Assembly: GCF_018350175.1 (NCBI RefSeq)
Contig: NC_058368.1
Location: 160,892,001-160,956,000 of the forward strand
From: Felis catus
Taxonomy: Eukaryota
Direction of reading: 5' to 3'
DNA length: 64,000 nucleotides
Positions 1 through 13,737 of this stretch are shown in pieces. The position numbers and the translations under genes are program-made. Within the stretch, counting starts at the first letter, position 1, and the number at the start of each line of letters is the position of its first letter. The notes under the pieces are model-generated. The model was not told where the DNA came from and did not search any database. It saw only the letters and a program-made list of their open reading frames with translations.

Positions 1-479
1 TGTCTTATAGATCTTTTATATCAGCACTGAAAGTTTGGTTCTCCTTTTTCCTAAATAGTTACATAGCAGTCCAAAATATAGATAAGACAAATATTTTAAA
101 GTAACTCCTTCTTGAAAGATACGTAGGTATTTTTTACCGAGATTTCATTTTTATAGATACTAAATCAAAGAATACTGTTTATTACACAAATTTTTACACA
201 TACACATTTTTAAGAGGAGAATATCAGAATTTAGATTGTATCTTATTGCATAATCATATAATAACATTTCAGAATCATTCTCAAGGGCATCTGCTTCTCC
301 TTCAATCAACGAGCTCTGAATCTGATGGTACAGACATGGAAACTAAGTTAGGTATCACTGTTTTCTACTGTAGAGCTGATGTTCATCTTTTTCTCACCAG
401 GTCTTGTGATTTCCTAAGAATATCATGTCTCTGAGCCATTACCACAGATCTTTGTGGGCTAAGGTAATATATCTTATGG

Positions 480-1770
480 TATCGCTAGCCATTGTGATAA
501 CTATCCTTGTCTTTCCTTTGTCTTGTTAGTACTGACACTTGTCTTCTACTATTCTGGAATTCTATCATTCCCATGAACTCTAAGGACTAGAACCCAGGTA
601 CATGACGGCCTCTCCACTGCCAACCCTGATCTAGAGCAAAGGGTCACAACTAAGCCTCTAAAAAAGTAATGGTGACCCCTTGACTGGAGTATTCCTTATT
701 GCTTTAGTGAAAGGAATATTTTTAAGCATTTATTACAGAATATTTTCAGCTGTGGGTCTTGTAATAAATCCATTCTAAAATTCCCTAATCCTTGAGCTTC
801 TGGAGTTATTCCTTAAGATTCTTCCAAAGCTTTTCTAGCAAACTATTAAATAGGAAGACTTAAATTGATTGTTTAAGTCTGCCTTGTCACGCTTATAATT
901 GAATTTTGACCCTGAGTTTTACTAATGTTTGCCTTGTGACTGCCAGGGTGCCATAAAGGATACTCACATTAAACATGGCCATGCTTTTTCAGTGTGTTTT
1001 GAGTGATGTTTGTTGACATGAATCTTTCATTCTTTCTTCATGGCTTTAAGGCAGCTAACCAAAAGAAGACAATTTTACATTTCTTACCACTACAATTGAG
1101 CTTATACTATTTTAATGCCAGACTTAGTGCATTCCCCAATGCCACCTTTTCTAGTTCGCCAATCTGTCACACAGGATAGGTTTACAAATGCTAACGCTAT
1201 TGTGTTCCAGAATCTCCTACTGAACGTCTGTTTTCTAGGGCAGAGAGACCATCATGTGCTTCACTGCAAGCAGAGCATGAGGTTAGACTTGGATAAAAGT
1301 AGGTTATTGTGAGGTGCTACCAGCAAGCACAAGTGAAGGAGTGGAAAGAGGAAGAGTCAGGGAAGATGGAAAATGAGTATAAGAGTGATTAATGTCACAG
1401 GGAAGACTTAGCTGTGACCTCTAAGAAGTAAAAATGTCCTCCAGTGATGCCAACATGAATGAAAAGAAGCCAGTGCATTTATCCAGTGACTCCCCCTCCC
1501 CTCACTGGCTTCAGAGTCACTCTTACAGGCATTAACAATCTCACATTTTATGTTGTACATGAATGTGGTCAAATTAGATTGTCTCAGTGCCAAAGGGACC
1601 CTGAGGCAGAAAGTGGAAAATTGAGTGGCACACATTTGAGATGGAATGCAGCCAGTGCATTCCAGAATGCAGAATGAGCCTTCCTACAGCTGCCTTGTGA
1701 AACCATATATAAACAGAGGAGGTATGATGTGAAAGCCAAAGGTATCTGCCACCATGGACAGCACAAATGA
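480..1770 (-). mobile_element. Old ERV-L internal relic plus LTR33-like LTR
   Basis: ~1255-1770 resembles the reverse strand of LTR33-type LTRs; upstream part resembles ERV-L internal sequence; boundaries approximate. Confidence 0.45.
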
Positions 1771-2612
1771 TATCTCTTGGCAAGGGCTCCTGGAAACTAA
1801 ATGGTATTCTCATCATATTTATGATGTAATGTCAATCAAAAGTTATTAGAAATAAATTTATATTCATTATTTAAAGGTATATGTAAAAGATGCTAGACCA
1901 ATTTTTAATTCTGACCTAATAATGCAAGTATGAGTCTATTTATACAATTGTATTTGTATTATTATAGTTAGGAATACTAGAATCATTTTTTTAAGATGAC
2001 ACTTTTGTTTTACTCTGTGATACAAGAACTTTGTGATTTTTCCCACCTGTATTTTGATGAACCTTAGAGCTATGGGTTATATTTATGTATGAAAAGATCT
2101 TGAAGTAAAAACACTTGACCCTGGATTCATACTATTCAATTGTCATACAGAATGAAAAATTTAGTAACTATAATATCCAGGTAAATAATGTTACACTGTT
2201 AACTCTTGATGGAAATCAACAATAGTGACAGCTACACATGTCAACTTTTATGAAAACGAGTCATCGTTCTGAATGTTAAAATATTAAATATGAGTTGGAT
2301 CCTACTTTATTATAGAAAAATATAAAAACTATAATATCTTTGGGTTTTATAGCTTAATCAGGTCATGGCTGCACTGCAAAAATTTCTTAAATTGAATTTT
2401 TTTAAAAAAAGCAAATGAACAAATCTTGCAAATTTTTGTTTGCATGTTTGCTTATTTTAATGTGGTAGCCATTAGAGGAATATTTTACTTTAGGTAATTT
2501 AAGGAGAAAATATTAATAATCCATTAGGTATAGAGACTTTCCAGTGATTTCCTTCAAGACCTTGGGGTACAAGACATGGGGTACAAGTGCCCCTATACAT
2601 CAGCAATCCTGT

Positions 2613-5600
2613 GAATTTAGAATAGTCATAATTTAACCGCTGGGATTGAAAAAGCAGAGAGGACAGCAGAGAATCTATTGCTGCAGAGATCAAGGGACTA
2701 AGAAATGGTCATGAGGAGCTAAAAAATGCTATAAATGAGGTGCAAAATAAAATGGAGGCAGCCATAGCACAGATTGAAGAGGCAAAGGAAAGAATAGGTG
2801 AATTAGAAGATAAAATAATGGGAAAAGAGGAAAATGAGAAAAAGAGAAATAAAAAAATCCAGGAGTATGAAGGGAGAATTAGAGAACTATGTGATGCAAT
2901 CAAATGGAACAATATCCGTATCATAGGAATTCCAGAAGAGAGAAGAAAGAGAGCAAGGGGCTGAAGGTGTACATGAACAAATCATAGCTGAGAACTTCCC
3001 TGATCTGGAGAAGGAAACAGGAATTGGACTCTAAGAGGCACAGAGAACTACCTTCAGATGTAACTTGAATCGATCTTCTGCATGACATATCATAGTGAAA
3101 CTGGCAAATACAAGGATAAAGAGAAAATTCTGAAAGCAGCTAGGGGTAAACATGCTCTAACTCACAAAGGGAGATCCATAAGAGTAGTGACAGACGTATC
3201 TACTGAAACTTGGCAGGCCAGAAAGAAATGGCAGGAAATTTTCATTGTGAAGAACAGAAAAAAATATGCAGCCAAGAATCCTTTATCCAGCAAGACTGTC
3301 ATTCAGAATAGAAGGGGATATAAAGGTTTTCCCAAACAAACAAAAACTGAAGGAATTTGTCACCACTAAACCAGCCCTACAAGAGATCCTAAGGGGGATT
3401 CTGTGAGTGAAATGTTTCAAGGACCACAAAGTACCAGAGACATCACTACAAGCATGAAACCTACAGACATCACAATGACTCCAAACCCACATCTTTCAAT
3501 AACACTGAATGTAAATGGACTAAATACTCCAATCAAAAGATATAGGTTATCAGAATGGATTAAAAGACAAGATCCATGTATTTGCTGTCTAAAAGAAACC
3601 CATTTTAGACCTGAGAACACCTTCAGATTGAAAGCGAGGGGATGGAAAGCTATCTACCATGCTACTGGAAGTCAAAAGAAAGCTGGAGTAGCCTTACTTA
3701 TTTCAGACAAACTAGACTTTAAGTTAAAGGCAGTAACAAGAGATGAAGAAGGGCATTGTATAATAATTACAGGGTCTATCTATCAGGAAGAGCTAACAAT
3801 TATAAATGTCTATGAGCCAAATACGGGAGCCCCCAAATATATAAAACAATCACAAACATAAGTAACCTTATTGATAAGAATGTGGTACTTTCAGGGGACT
3901 TTAATACCCTACTACAACAATGGATAGATCATCTAGGCACAGAATCAATAAAGACACAAGGGCCCCTATTGATACATTGGATCAGATGGACTTGACAGAT
4001 ATGTTTAGAACTCTGCATCAAATCAACAGAATATATTTTCTTCTTGAGTACACATGGAACATTCTCCAAGATAGATTACATACTGGGTCACAAAACAGCC
4101 CTTTGTAAGTAGAAAAGAAATGAGATCATACCATGCACACTTCCAGATGACAATGCTATGCAACTTGAAGTCAACCACAGGAAAAAGTGTGGAAAACCTA
4201 CAAAAGCATGGAGGTTAAAGAACACCATACTAAAGAATGAATGGGTCAACCAGGCAAGTAGAGAAGAAATTAAAAAATATATGGAAACAAATGAAAATGA
4301 AAATACAACAATCCAAACGCTTTGGGATACAGTGAAGGCAGTCCTGAGAGGAAAATACATTGCAATCCAGGTCTATCTCAAGAAACAAGAAAAATCCCAA
4401 ATACAAAATATAACAGCACACCTAAAGGAACTACGAGAAGAACAACAAAGACACCCTAAACCCAGCAGAAGAAGAGAAATAATAAAGATCAGAGCAGAAA
4501 TAAACAATATAGAATCTAAAAAAAAAAAAAAAAAAACGGTAGAGCAGATCAACGAAACCAAGAGTTGGTTTTTTGAAAAAATAAACAAATTTGATAAACC
4601 TTTAGCCAGGCTTCTCCAAAAGAAAAGGGAGATGACCCAAATAGATAAAATCATGAATGAAAATGGAATTATTACAACCAATCCCTCAGAAATACAATCA
4701 ATATCAGGGAATAATATGAGAAAGTATATGCCAACAAGCTAGACAACCTGGAAAAAATGGACAAATTTCTAAGCACCCAGACACTTCCAAAAGTCAAACA
4801 GGAAGAAATAGAAAGCTTGAACAGACCCATAACCAGCGAAGAAATTGAATCAGTTATCAAAAATCTCCCAAAAAATAAGAGTCCAGGACCAGATGGTTTC
4901 CCAGGGGAGTTCTACCAGACGTTTAAAGCAGAGATAATACCTATCCTTCTCAAGCTGTTCCAAGAAATAGAAAGGGAAGGAAAACTTCCAGACTCATTCT
5001 ATGAAGCCAGCATTACTTTGATTCCTAAACCAGACAAGCACCCAGCAGAAAAAGAGAACTACAGGCCAATATCCCTGATGAATACAGATGCAAAAATTCT
5101 CAACAAGACACTAGCAAATCGAACTCAACAGCATATAAAAAGAATTTTTCACCATGATCAAGTGGGATTCATTCCTGGGCTGCAGGGCTGGTTCAACATT
5201 CGCAAATCAATCAATGTGATACATCACATTAATAAAAGAAAAGAAAAGAACCATTTGATCCTGTCAATCGATGCAGAAAAAGCATTTGACAAAATTCAGC
5301 ATCGTTTCTTAATAAAAACCCTTGAGAATGTCGGGATAGAATGAATGTACTTAAACATCATAAAAGCCATTTATGAAAAGCCCATAACTAATATCATCCT
5401 CAATGGGGAAAAACTGAGAGGTTTTTCCCTGAGATCAGGAACACGACAGGGATGTCCACTCTCACCACTGTTGTTTAACATAGTGTTGGAAGTTATAGCA
5501 TCAGCAATCAGACAACAAAAGAAAATCAAAGGCATCAAAATTGGCAAAGATGAAATCAAGCTTTCACTTTTTGCAGATGATGTGATATTATACATGGAAA

Positions 5601-7480
5601 TTCCAACAGACTCCACCAAAAGTCTGCTAGAACTGATATATGAATTCAGCAAAGTTGCAGGATGCAAAGTCAATATACAGGAATCAGTTGCATTCTTATA
5701 CATTAATAATGAAGCAACAGAAAGACAAATAAAGAAACTGATCCCATTCACAATTGCACCAAGAAGCATAAAATACCTAGGGATAAATCTAACCAAAGAT
5801 GTAAAAGATCTGTTTGCAGAAAACTATAGAAAGCTTATGAAGGAAATTGAAGAAGATACAAAGAAATGGAAAAACATTCCATGCTCATGGACTGGAAGAG
5901 TAAATGTTGTTAAAATGTCAATACTACCCAAATCAATCTACACATTCAATGCAATCCCAATCAAAATTGCACCAGCATTCTTCTCAAAGCTAGAACAAGC
6001 AATCCTAAATTTGTATGGAACCAAAAAAGACCCCAAATATCCACAGGAATATTGAAGAAGACCAAAGTGGGAGGCATCACAATCCCAGACTTTAGCCTCT
6101 ACTACAAAGCTGTAATCATCAAGACAGCATGGTATTGGCACAAAAACAGACACAGAGACCAATGGAATAGAATAGATACTCCAAATTCGGCCACCAAAGT
6201 ATGGCCAACTAATCTTTGACAAAGCAGGAAAGAATATCCAATGGAAAAAAGACAGTCTCTTTAACCAATGGTGCTGGGAGAACTGGACAACAACATGCAG
6301 AAGAATGAAACTAGACTACTTTCTTACACCATACACAAAAATAAACTCAAAATGGATAAAGGATCTGAATATGTACAGGAAACCATCAAAACTCTAGAGG
6401 AGAAATCTATGACCTAAGCTGCAGTGATTTCTTACTCAACATATCTGCAAAGACAAGGGAATTAAAAGCAAACATGAACTCTTGGGACCTCATGAAGATA
6501 AAAAGCTTCTACACTGCAAAGGAAACAATCAACAAAACTAAAAGGCAACTGAGGGAATGGGAAAAGATATTTTCAAATAACATATCAAAGGGCTAGTATC
6601 CAAAATCTATAAAGCCCTCACCAAACTCCACACCCAAAAAACAAATAATCCAGTGAAGAAATGGGCAGAAGACATGAATAGACACTTTTCCAAAGAAGAC
6701 ATCCAGATGGCCATCAGACACATGAAATGATGCTCGATGTCACTCATTATCAGGGAAATACAAATCAAAGCCACACTGAGATACCACCTCATGCCAGTCA
6801 GAGTGGCTAAAATGAACAAATCAGGATACTATAGATGCTGGACAGCATGTAGAGAATCGGGAACCCTCTTGCACTGTTGGTGGGAATGCAAACTGGTGCA
6901 GCCACTCTGAAAAACAGTGTGGAGGTTCCTCAAAAAATTAAAAATAGACCTACCCTATGACCCAACAATAGCACTGCTAGGAATTTATCCAAGAGATACA
7001 GGATTGCTGATGTATAGGGGCACTTGTACCCCAATGTTTATAGCAGCACTTTCAATAATAGCCAAATTATGAGATTTCCATCAATTAATGGATGGATAAA
7101 TAATTTGTGGTTTATATACACAATGGAATACTACTCGACAATGAGAAAGAATGCAATATGGCCTTTCTAGCAACGTGGATGGAACTGGAGAGTGTTATGC
7201 TAAGTGAAATAAATCATACAGAGAAAGACAGATACCATATGTTTTCACTCATATGTGGATCCTGAGAAACTTAACAGAAGACCTTAGGGGAGGGGAAGGA
7301 AAAAAAAGTTAGGGAGAGAGCCAAACCATAAGAGACTCTTAAAAACTGAGAACAGACTGAGGGTTGAGGAGGAGTGGGAGGGACGGGAGGGTGGATGATG
7401 GGCACTGAGGAGGGCACCTGTTGGAAGGAGCACTGGGTGTTGTATGGAAACAAATTTGACAATAAATTTCATATTAAAAT
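2613..7480 (+). mobile_element. 5'-truncated carnivore LINE-1 (partial ORF1, ORF2 from ATG 3475, 3' UTR), inactivated
   Basis: ORF1 coiled coil, endonuclease (LNVNGLN), RT ([18 protein letters not shown]), 3' UTR and AATAAA; many frameshifts. Confidence 0.97.
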
Positions 7481-7583
7481 TTTTTTAAGAATACAAATTA
7501 GTTACATTATGAAATATTTATTTTAACAATTACTTTTCTTATAGAATTTTCTTCAATATTTAAAATTATGCTCTGTTTTCCAG

Positions 7584-7712
7584 CTGTTTCAGATCATTTT
7601 TTTGGATTGGGATTTTGTTTCTATTTATTCATCCTTCAACAAAGAGGGATCTAGGAAGAACCAGTATCCACCATAAGCTGCAAGGGATGTTCTCATTTTC
7701 TCTTGATTTACT

Positions 7713-7746
<34 letters not shown>

Positions 7747-8370
7747 TGTTCACAAATCAAGTAACTAGTGTCATTGATAAGCATCTGCATTGGGGGGGGG
7801 CCGGGCCCCTGTGCCAGGCTGAGACTGGTTCGAGCAAAGTTCCCTGTTGACTCAGCCAACCCGGCGGTTCCCCCTCCCATTCCATCACTTTCAAGGGCAT
7901 ACGAAAGCCTTGTCAAGGCTGAGAAAGTTAATTCTTGAAGCCTGTGATCTGCAGGTGTTGGCAGTAATGCTACCTCTCTTTTTCTACCCCGAGTCAGATA
8001 GAAACAAACATGGGAACTGTGTTTTGCTAGCAATCCATCAACAAGGTCTTGTGACCCGTTCAGAAAGTTCACAAGGTACACAGAACTAAATGTTTTGGCT
8101 GGCAGTGATCATGTGAAACCTGTTTATTCTTAGAATGACCTGATCCATAAGAGTCTTATATTATAAAAGATTGTGTACAGCAACAATAAAGCCGTCACTT
8201 GGGCCATCAGCCCAGGGGACCCTCCTGTTCCCAAACTTTCTCTTCTCTCTCTTTTTTCTTGCATTCCCCTACCCTCAGGACCCTGACCTCGGTGTTTGTC
8301 GCGCCGGTCGTGACACTGCATCACTGAAATTCAACCTCCTAAGGCTGATCCTAGCTTCTACTGAAATTGT
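7584..8370 (+). pseudogene. Putative Ig-like ectodomain exon, split by a solo LTR
   Basis: Acceptor ctctgttttccag; phase-1 reading ..EEPVSTISCKGCSHFLLIYWKK (C 7679, W 7712); after removing the LTR, ..SICITEIQPPKADPSFY*NC resembles Ig E/F strands. Confidence 0.4.
7791..8315 (+). mobile_element. Solo ERV LTR (class II / betaretrovirus-like), 525 bp
   Basis: TG...CA termini, perfect 6-bp TSD CTGCAT (7785-7790, 8316-8321), TATAAAA at 8162, AATAAA at 8185. Confidence 0.9.
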
Positions 8371-8766
8371 TCTGGTTGGTGGTTGGGTTCACTTTCTGCT
8401 CATTTTAAAGATGTAAAACCCTTGTTTATACACAAATTACACATAAAAATTGACTATCTAAACAGGCCTTGATCATAAAGCTCTTAATGTCTTTCAGAAC
8501 TACATGGCTTAGTTATCTAATATTTCTGTATCCAAAAGTGTAATGATTTCCCTAACAGGTCCCTCTCTAGCCATACTCATATTGTATACTAGGAGTTTAA
8601 ATTATTGAATGGGAATGGAAACAAAGAATCTGTTTGAAGTGGTAATTAGCAGGATTTCTGTAGTATAACACTTGTATAAAAATGGCCTCTAAAAATCTAT
8701 AGATTATAGAAAATGTGGCAGACAAAACCTTTTTACTACATTTTAAAAAGTCACCAAAATAGTTTG

Positions 8767-8937
8767 TGGTGCCTGGGTATCTCAGTCAGTTGAGCATCTG
8801 ACTTTGGCTCAGGTCATAATCTCACAGTTCATGAGTTCAAGGCCGGGTTCAGGTTCTCCACTTTCAGCATGGAGCCCACTTTGGATTGCCACTCCCCCAC
8901 TCACACTTTCTCTCAAAAATAATACACCTAAAAAAAA
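8767..8937 (+). mobile_element. Can-SINE
   Basis: tRNA-like head, CT tract, A tail. Confidence 0.85.
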
Positions 8938-8950
8938 GTTGTCAGCATTG

Positions 8951-9158
8951 TTTTTTAAAATTTTTTTAATCTTTATTTTTGAAAGACGAAGAGAGATGGA
9001 GTGTGAGAAGTGTAGGGGCAGAGAGACAGAATCTGAAGCAGGCTCCAGGCTCTGAGCTGTCAGCACAGAACCCCATGCAGGGCTCAAACCCACAAACTGC
9101 AAAATCATGACCTGGGCCAAAGTTGGACGCTTAACTGACTGAGCTACCCTGGCACCCC
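8951..9158 (-). mobile_element. Can-SINE (tail-to-tail with the previous copy)
   Basis: Reverse complement of SINEC consensus; TSD-like ca(g/a)cattgtttt. Confidence 0.9.
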
Positions 9159-10409
9159 AAAAGCACCAACATTGTTTTAAGTAAGGAACATTTACAGTGC
9201 AGCTAAGTCATCGTCATTTCATTTCCAGGGTCTTGAATTTAAAATGAGACTGATGTCAATATGGTAGTTTTAAGCATCATCATGTGTGCCTATTTATAAA
9301 TTGAGAACCAGTGAAGCAAGAACTACTAGTCTGCTGGTAAGACAGGAAAATTCTGCTTACTAGGATTTAATCAACATTGGATCTTAAATTCTGGATTTGC
9401 ATTCAAACATACTGGAAACTAACTTCTGGGTTGAAAAAATACCAATAAATCCTTTGTAGTCTTGAATTTATTAACTGCCTTATATCTGAGATTTCTCATT
9501 ACAAACACTTTAATTTTATCTCCAGTTATGGGGTTATCCAGTGACAGTGGGATGAAAGAATACCATGAACTCTTAACAGTTCTTTTACTAAGTTTTATGG
9601 GCAAAGCAACAGCCTGACCATTATGCAGTAACAGTTTTATTTAAGCTTTTTTAAATGGCCAGATTTTATCCATAATTATACATTACAACTTGAACAAAGA
9701 ATATAGTATTTTTTATAAGACTAGCCATCCCATCTGACAAATGGAAATTACTGAACAAGTCATTTGATATATATTACTTATTAGTATTAAAATAATTGTC
9801 ATTCATGGCAAAGCCTACTCAATGTTGTAATTTCAGTTCTTTCTTCATTGTCATTCTTAAAAATCTATCTGAAAAATAGTAGCTCTTGAAAATCATATCA
9901 AGAATAAAATTTGCTAAACGAATGACTCTCTTTGGAAATGAATAAACAGCTCAAGAGCTTAGCAATCAATCACTGCAATGATACTATATAAATATAATTT
10001 TCTGTTCCATTAGTATTCGGATTATTTGCTGTATTTTTCTGTTATTTAATATATTGGTTTGTTTAAATTATTATGAACAGTTATTTTATACTTCTGTTTA
10101 TTTCACTATAATATTTAGCTTAATCTATAATTTCAGTGACCATCTTTTTTTTATATATAAATGCTTTTTCTAGGAGATCTTGCCAACTACCAACTGCCTT
10201 AATTACTGAATAAAGAAATGTAATGAGAGATTCAGTACAATTTATTTGTTTCTTATAAGATTACTGGGTGAAACTCTATCAAGATTTCTTATCAGATATC
10301 TTTGTCTTTTATTTTCAATGAAGTGAAATCTGATGCTATTAGCTTATTTACCAAAGGCTTATAAATGATATTCATTAATCTCATAGATAGTTGATATTCA
10401 AAAATTGAT

Positions 10410-12475
10410 TTGATATTATGAAAAACTATATGCCAATAACTTAGACCACCTAAAATAAATGGATAGATTCCTAGAAACATATAACCCACCAAAACTGAAG
10501 TAGTAAGAAACAGAAAACTTTAACGGACCGATTACCAGCAAGGAGATTGAATCAGTAATCAAAAAATGTTCCCAACAAGCAGAAGTCCAAGAGCAAATGG
10601 CTTAAGAGGGGACTTCTACCAAAAGATTTAAAGAATAGTTAATATCTATTCTTCCCAAACTCTCCCAAAAAATGAAGAAAACTTCCAAATTCATTCTGTG
10701 AGGCCAGTATCACCCTGATGCCAAAACCAGATAAAGACACCTCAAAAAAGATAACTATAGGCCAGTATCTCTGATGAACACAGGCTCAGAAATCTTCAAG
10801 AAAATACTAGAAAACCAAATCCAGCAATACATTAAAAATGTCACTTGCCACAATCAAGTGGGATTTATTCTTGGGATGTAAGGATGGTTCAATATTTACA
10901 AATCAATCAACATGATACATCACATCAGTAAGAGAAAGGATGAAAACCATAGGACCATTTTAAGAGATACAGAAAAAGCATTTGACAAAGTAGAACATCC
11001 ATTCATGATATAAAATCCCTCAACAAAGTAGGTTTAGAGGGAACATACCTCAAAATAATAAAGGCCATATATGAAAAAACCACAATGAACTATGACCTAA
11101 GCTGCAGTGATTTCTTACTCAACACATCTGCAAAGGCAAGGGAATTAAAAGCAAAATGATATTCATTAATCTCATAGATACTTGATATTCAAAAATTGAT
11201 TTGATATTATGAAAAACTATATGCCAATAACTTAGACCACCTAAAAGAAATGGATAGATTCCTAGAAACATATAACCCACCAAAACTGAAGTAGTAAGAA
11301 ATAGAAAAATCTTTTGGAGAAAAACGAGAGCTTTCCCCCTAAGGCCAGGAGCAAGATAGTGATGTCCATTCTCACCACTTTTATTAAACATGGTACTGGA
11401 AGTCCTGGGCACAGAAATCAGGCAGCAAAAAGAAGTAAGAGAAGACCAAATCAGTAATAAACAAGTAAAACTTTCAATATTTGCAGATAACATAATACTA
11501 TATATAGAAAACCATACAGACTCCAACAAAAAGCTACTAAAACTAATAAATTCAGCAAAGTCACAGTATAAAAAAAGATCAATATGCAGAAATCTGTTGC
11601 ATTTTTAAAAATTTTATTTCATTTTTAATTGGTCTCTACACACAACATGGGGCTTGAACTCACACCCCAAGATCACCACTCATGCACTATTGAGGGGAAC
11701 GCAAACTGGGGCAATCACTGTGGAAAACAGAATGGAGTTTCCTCAAAAAATTAAAAATAGAACTACCCTATAATCCAGTAATTGCACTCCTGGGAATTCA
11801 TCCCCAAAATACACAAACACTAATTCAAAGGGATATATGCACCCCTATGTTTATATCAGATGTACCTTAGCCAAATTATAGAAGCAGCCCAAATGTCCAA
11901 CAATTATTTAGTCATATTATTTAATCATAAATAATATTGTTTATGTTAATATTAGTTATAAAATATTGTGACTAAATAATTTATTACACTTTTAAAAAGA
12001 ATGAAATCTTGCCATTTGCAAATGTCCAGTTATTTAGTAATATTTTTTAGTCATAAAATTGTTTGTTAATATTAGTCATAAAGTATTATGACTAAATACT
12101 TTATTATTTACTTGCAAAAAGCAATGAAATCTTGACATTTGCAATAACATGAATGGAACTCAAGAGTATAATGGTAAGCGAAATAAATCAGTCAGAAAAA
12201 GACAAATACAATATGATTTCACTCATAGGTGGAACTTAAGAAACCAAACAAATAAGCAAAGTAAAAGGAGAAATCAAGAAACAGCTTCTTAACTATAGAG
12301 AAGAAACTAGAGTAGAGGTAGATGGGCAAATGGGTTAAACAGGTGACAGAAATTAAGGAGCACACTTGGAAGAGCACCAGGTGTTGTATGGGACTGCTGA
12401 ATTACTATACAATACATCCGAAACTAGTATAACACTGTATGTTAACTATACTGAAAGAAATATAATTTAAAAAAT
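10410..12475 (+). mobile_element. Rearranged LINE-1 ORF2/3' UTR fragment
   Basis: RT-region homology and 3' UTR; internal insertion, deletion and duplications. Confidence 0.93.
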
Positions 12476-12566
12476 TATTTGTATTACACTGAGAGTTGAT
12501 TCAAAATTCTTCTTGTTTAGATTACTTAATATCTATTTTGCACACCTAGAAGATAAGAAAAAAAAA

Positions 12567-12568
<2 letters not shown>

Positions 12569-12606
<38 letters not shown>
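12569..12606. repeat. (GT)n microsatellite
   Basis: Perfect GT run. Confidence 0.98.
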
Positions 12607-12608
<2 letters not shown>

Positions 12609-13490
12609 AATGCAGCAATGTGCTTGTAGCTGTTAACAGGCTCTCCAGAGAGGAAAGGAACTGATTTGTAGCATTTGACAATTTCTCTGATGTAAACTGT
12701 CCCATCAAGGACAATTTTTGTGCTCCTCATGTGAGGTCACTAAATGAGGAGTTAGGAAGGAATACAATCACTTTCATGAGCCTATAAAAGCTGATATTGA
12801 TAGCCACCATGACATTAAATATGACAAAGTTTTTTACTTAAAGTTTATAATTAGGTAAATATATCAAAATCTCCTGAATGTGTTTTAAAATGTATGGTGT
12901 TCTATAATTGAAGGTTAAAAGTTGTTTTGTAGTAATAGGTGGCCTTAAAAATAAGCTTTTGTTATGCCCTTTGCTAATGTTTCAAATTTTCCCATACTTT
13001 CTACCCAAAGATTCTTTCAAATGTCACCTCCTCACCCATCTGACTCCATTTGTTCATAATTATTAGAGTTTCATCACACCCCAGCAAATGGTAGCTGATC
13101 TATGTGCTATTTCCCTCATCTCCTACTTGATACACAACAACATTTTCTAAATCTTCCTAAGTACTTAAATATGGGTGTACACCTGAAAAATAGACCACAA
13201 AACAACAAAACAACAAATAATTTTTAGTAAGTTTAGTAAGTTTTTTAGTAAGTTTAGAGCAGGAATGGCATTTATTGACTTTTCAAGTGTGTCAATTTAA
13301 TTATTATATTATATGTGATTAATAAAATCATTAAAATTACCTTCTGATATGAAAACCTTCTTCTGTTAGGAATTCACATAAAGCACCAAATGTATATTAC
13401 ACTGAAATATTGGAAACCAGGGGGATTAGGTGTAAAATGGAGGAGGGATGCTGTGAAAAGGGAGGTAAACATTTCAATAACATTTACTAG

Positions 13491-13737
13491 GTATTAAAGG
13501 AAAAACAAATTCAAAATGTCTTTCCTCCAAATATGCTGGCACTTGCATAAAACACTGGAGATATCTCACCTTGGGAAATAATTTATAGCTGAAGTCCTCA
13601 CTTCTTTTCTGTAAGAATTGGAATCATGCAAATATAGAAAATGTGCTCAAGATCCACAAACAATCTTAGTGATTTATATTTCTGCTCAAGGTCTATTATT
13701 TTATCAAAAGAAAAAGCTCAAATAAAAACTTCAGAAC
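13491..13737 (+). pseudogene. Putative Ig-like ectodomain exon, 3' end abutting an L1 fragment
   Basis: Acceptor catttactag; GIKGKTNSKCLSSKYAGTCIKHWRY (C 13517, W 13556) ..NVLKIH/frameshift/SDLYFC (C 13683); Cys-Cys spacing about 55 codons; one in-frame stop. Confidence 0.5.

Noticed and set aside
293..463. AG/GT-bounded + strand segment with VFYCRA, possible additional 5' exon
   Set aside because: All frames interrupted and only one weak motif; not enough to include in the gene model
3283..6819. Long minus-strand hydrophobic ORFs
   Set aside because: Antisense shadows of A-rich L1 ORF2
7629..8416. ORFs of 150, 80, 64 and 81 aa in the track
   Set aside because: They lie across the solo LTR; no protein similarity
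9526..9630. + strand segment QW...GQSNSLTIMQ resembling part of an Ig domain
   Set aside because: No cysteines or donor identified; could be chance
13570..13608. Minus-strand 39-nt micro-exon with good splice sites (KRSEDFSYKLFPK)
   Set aside because: No phase-consistent minus-strand partners with recognisable protein; overlaps the + strand Ig-like exon; such site pairs occur by chance
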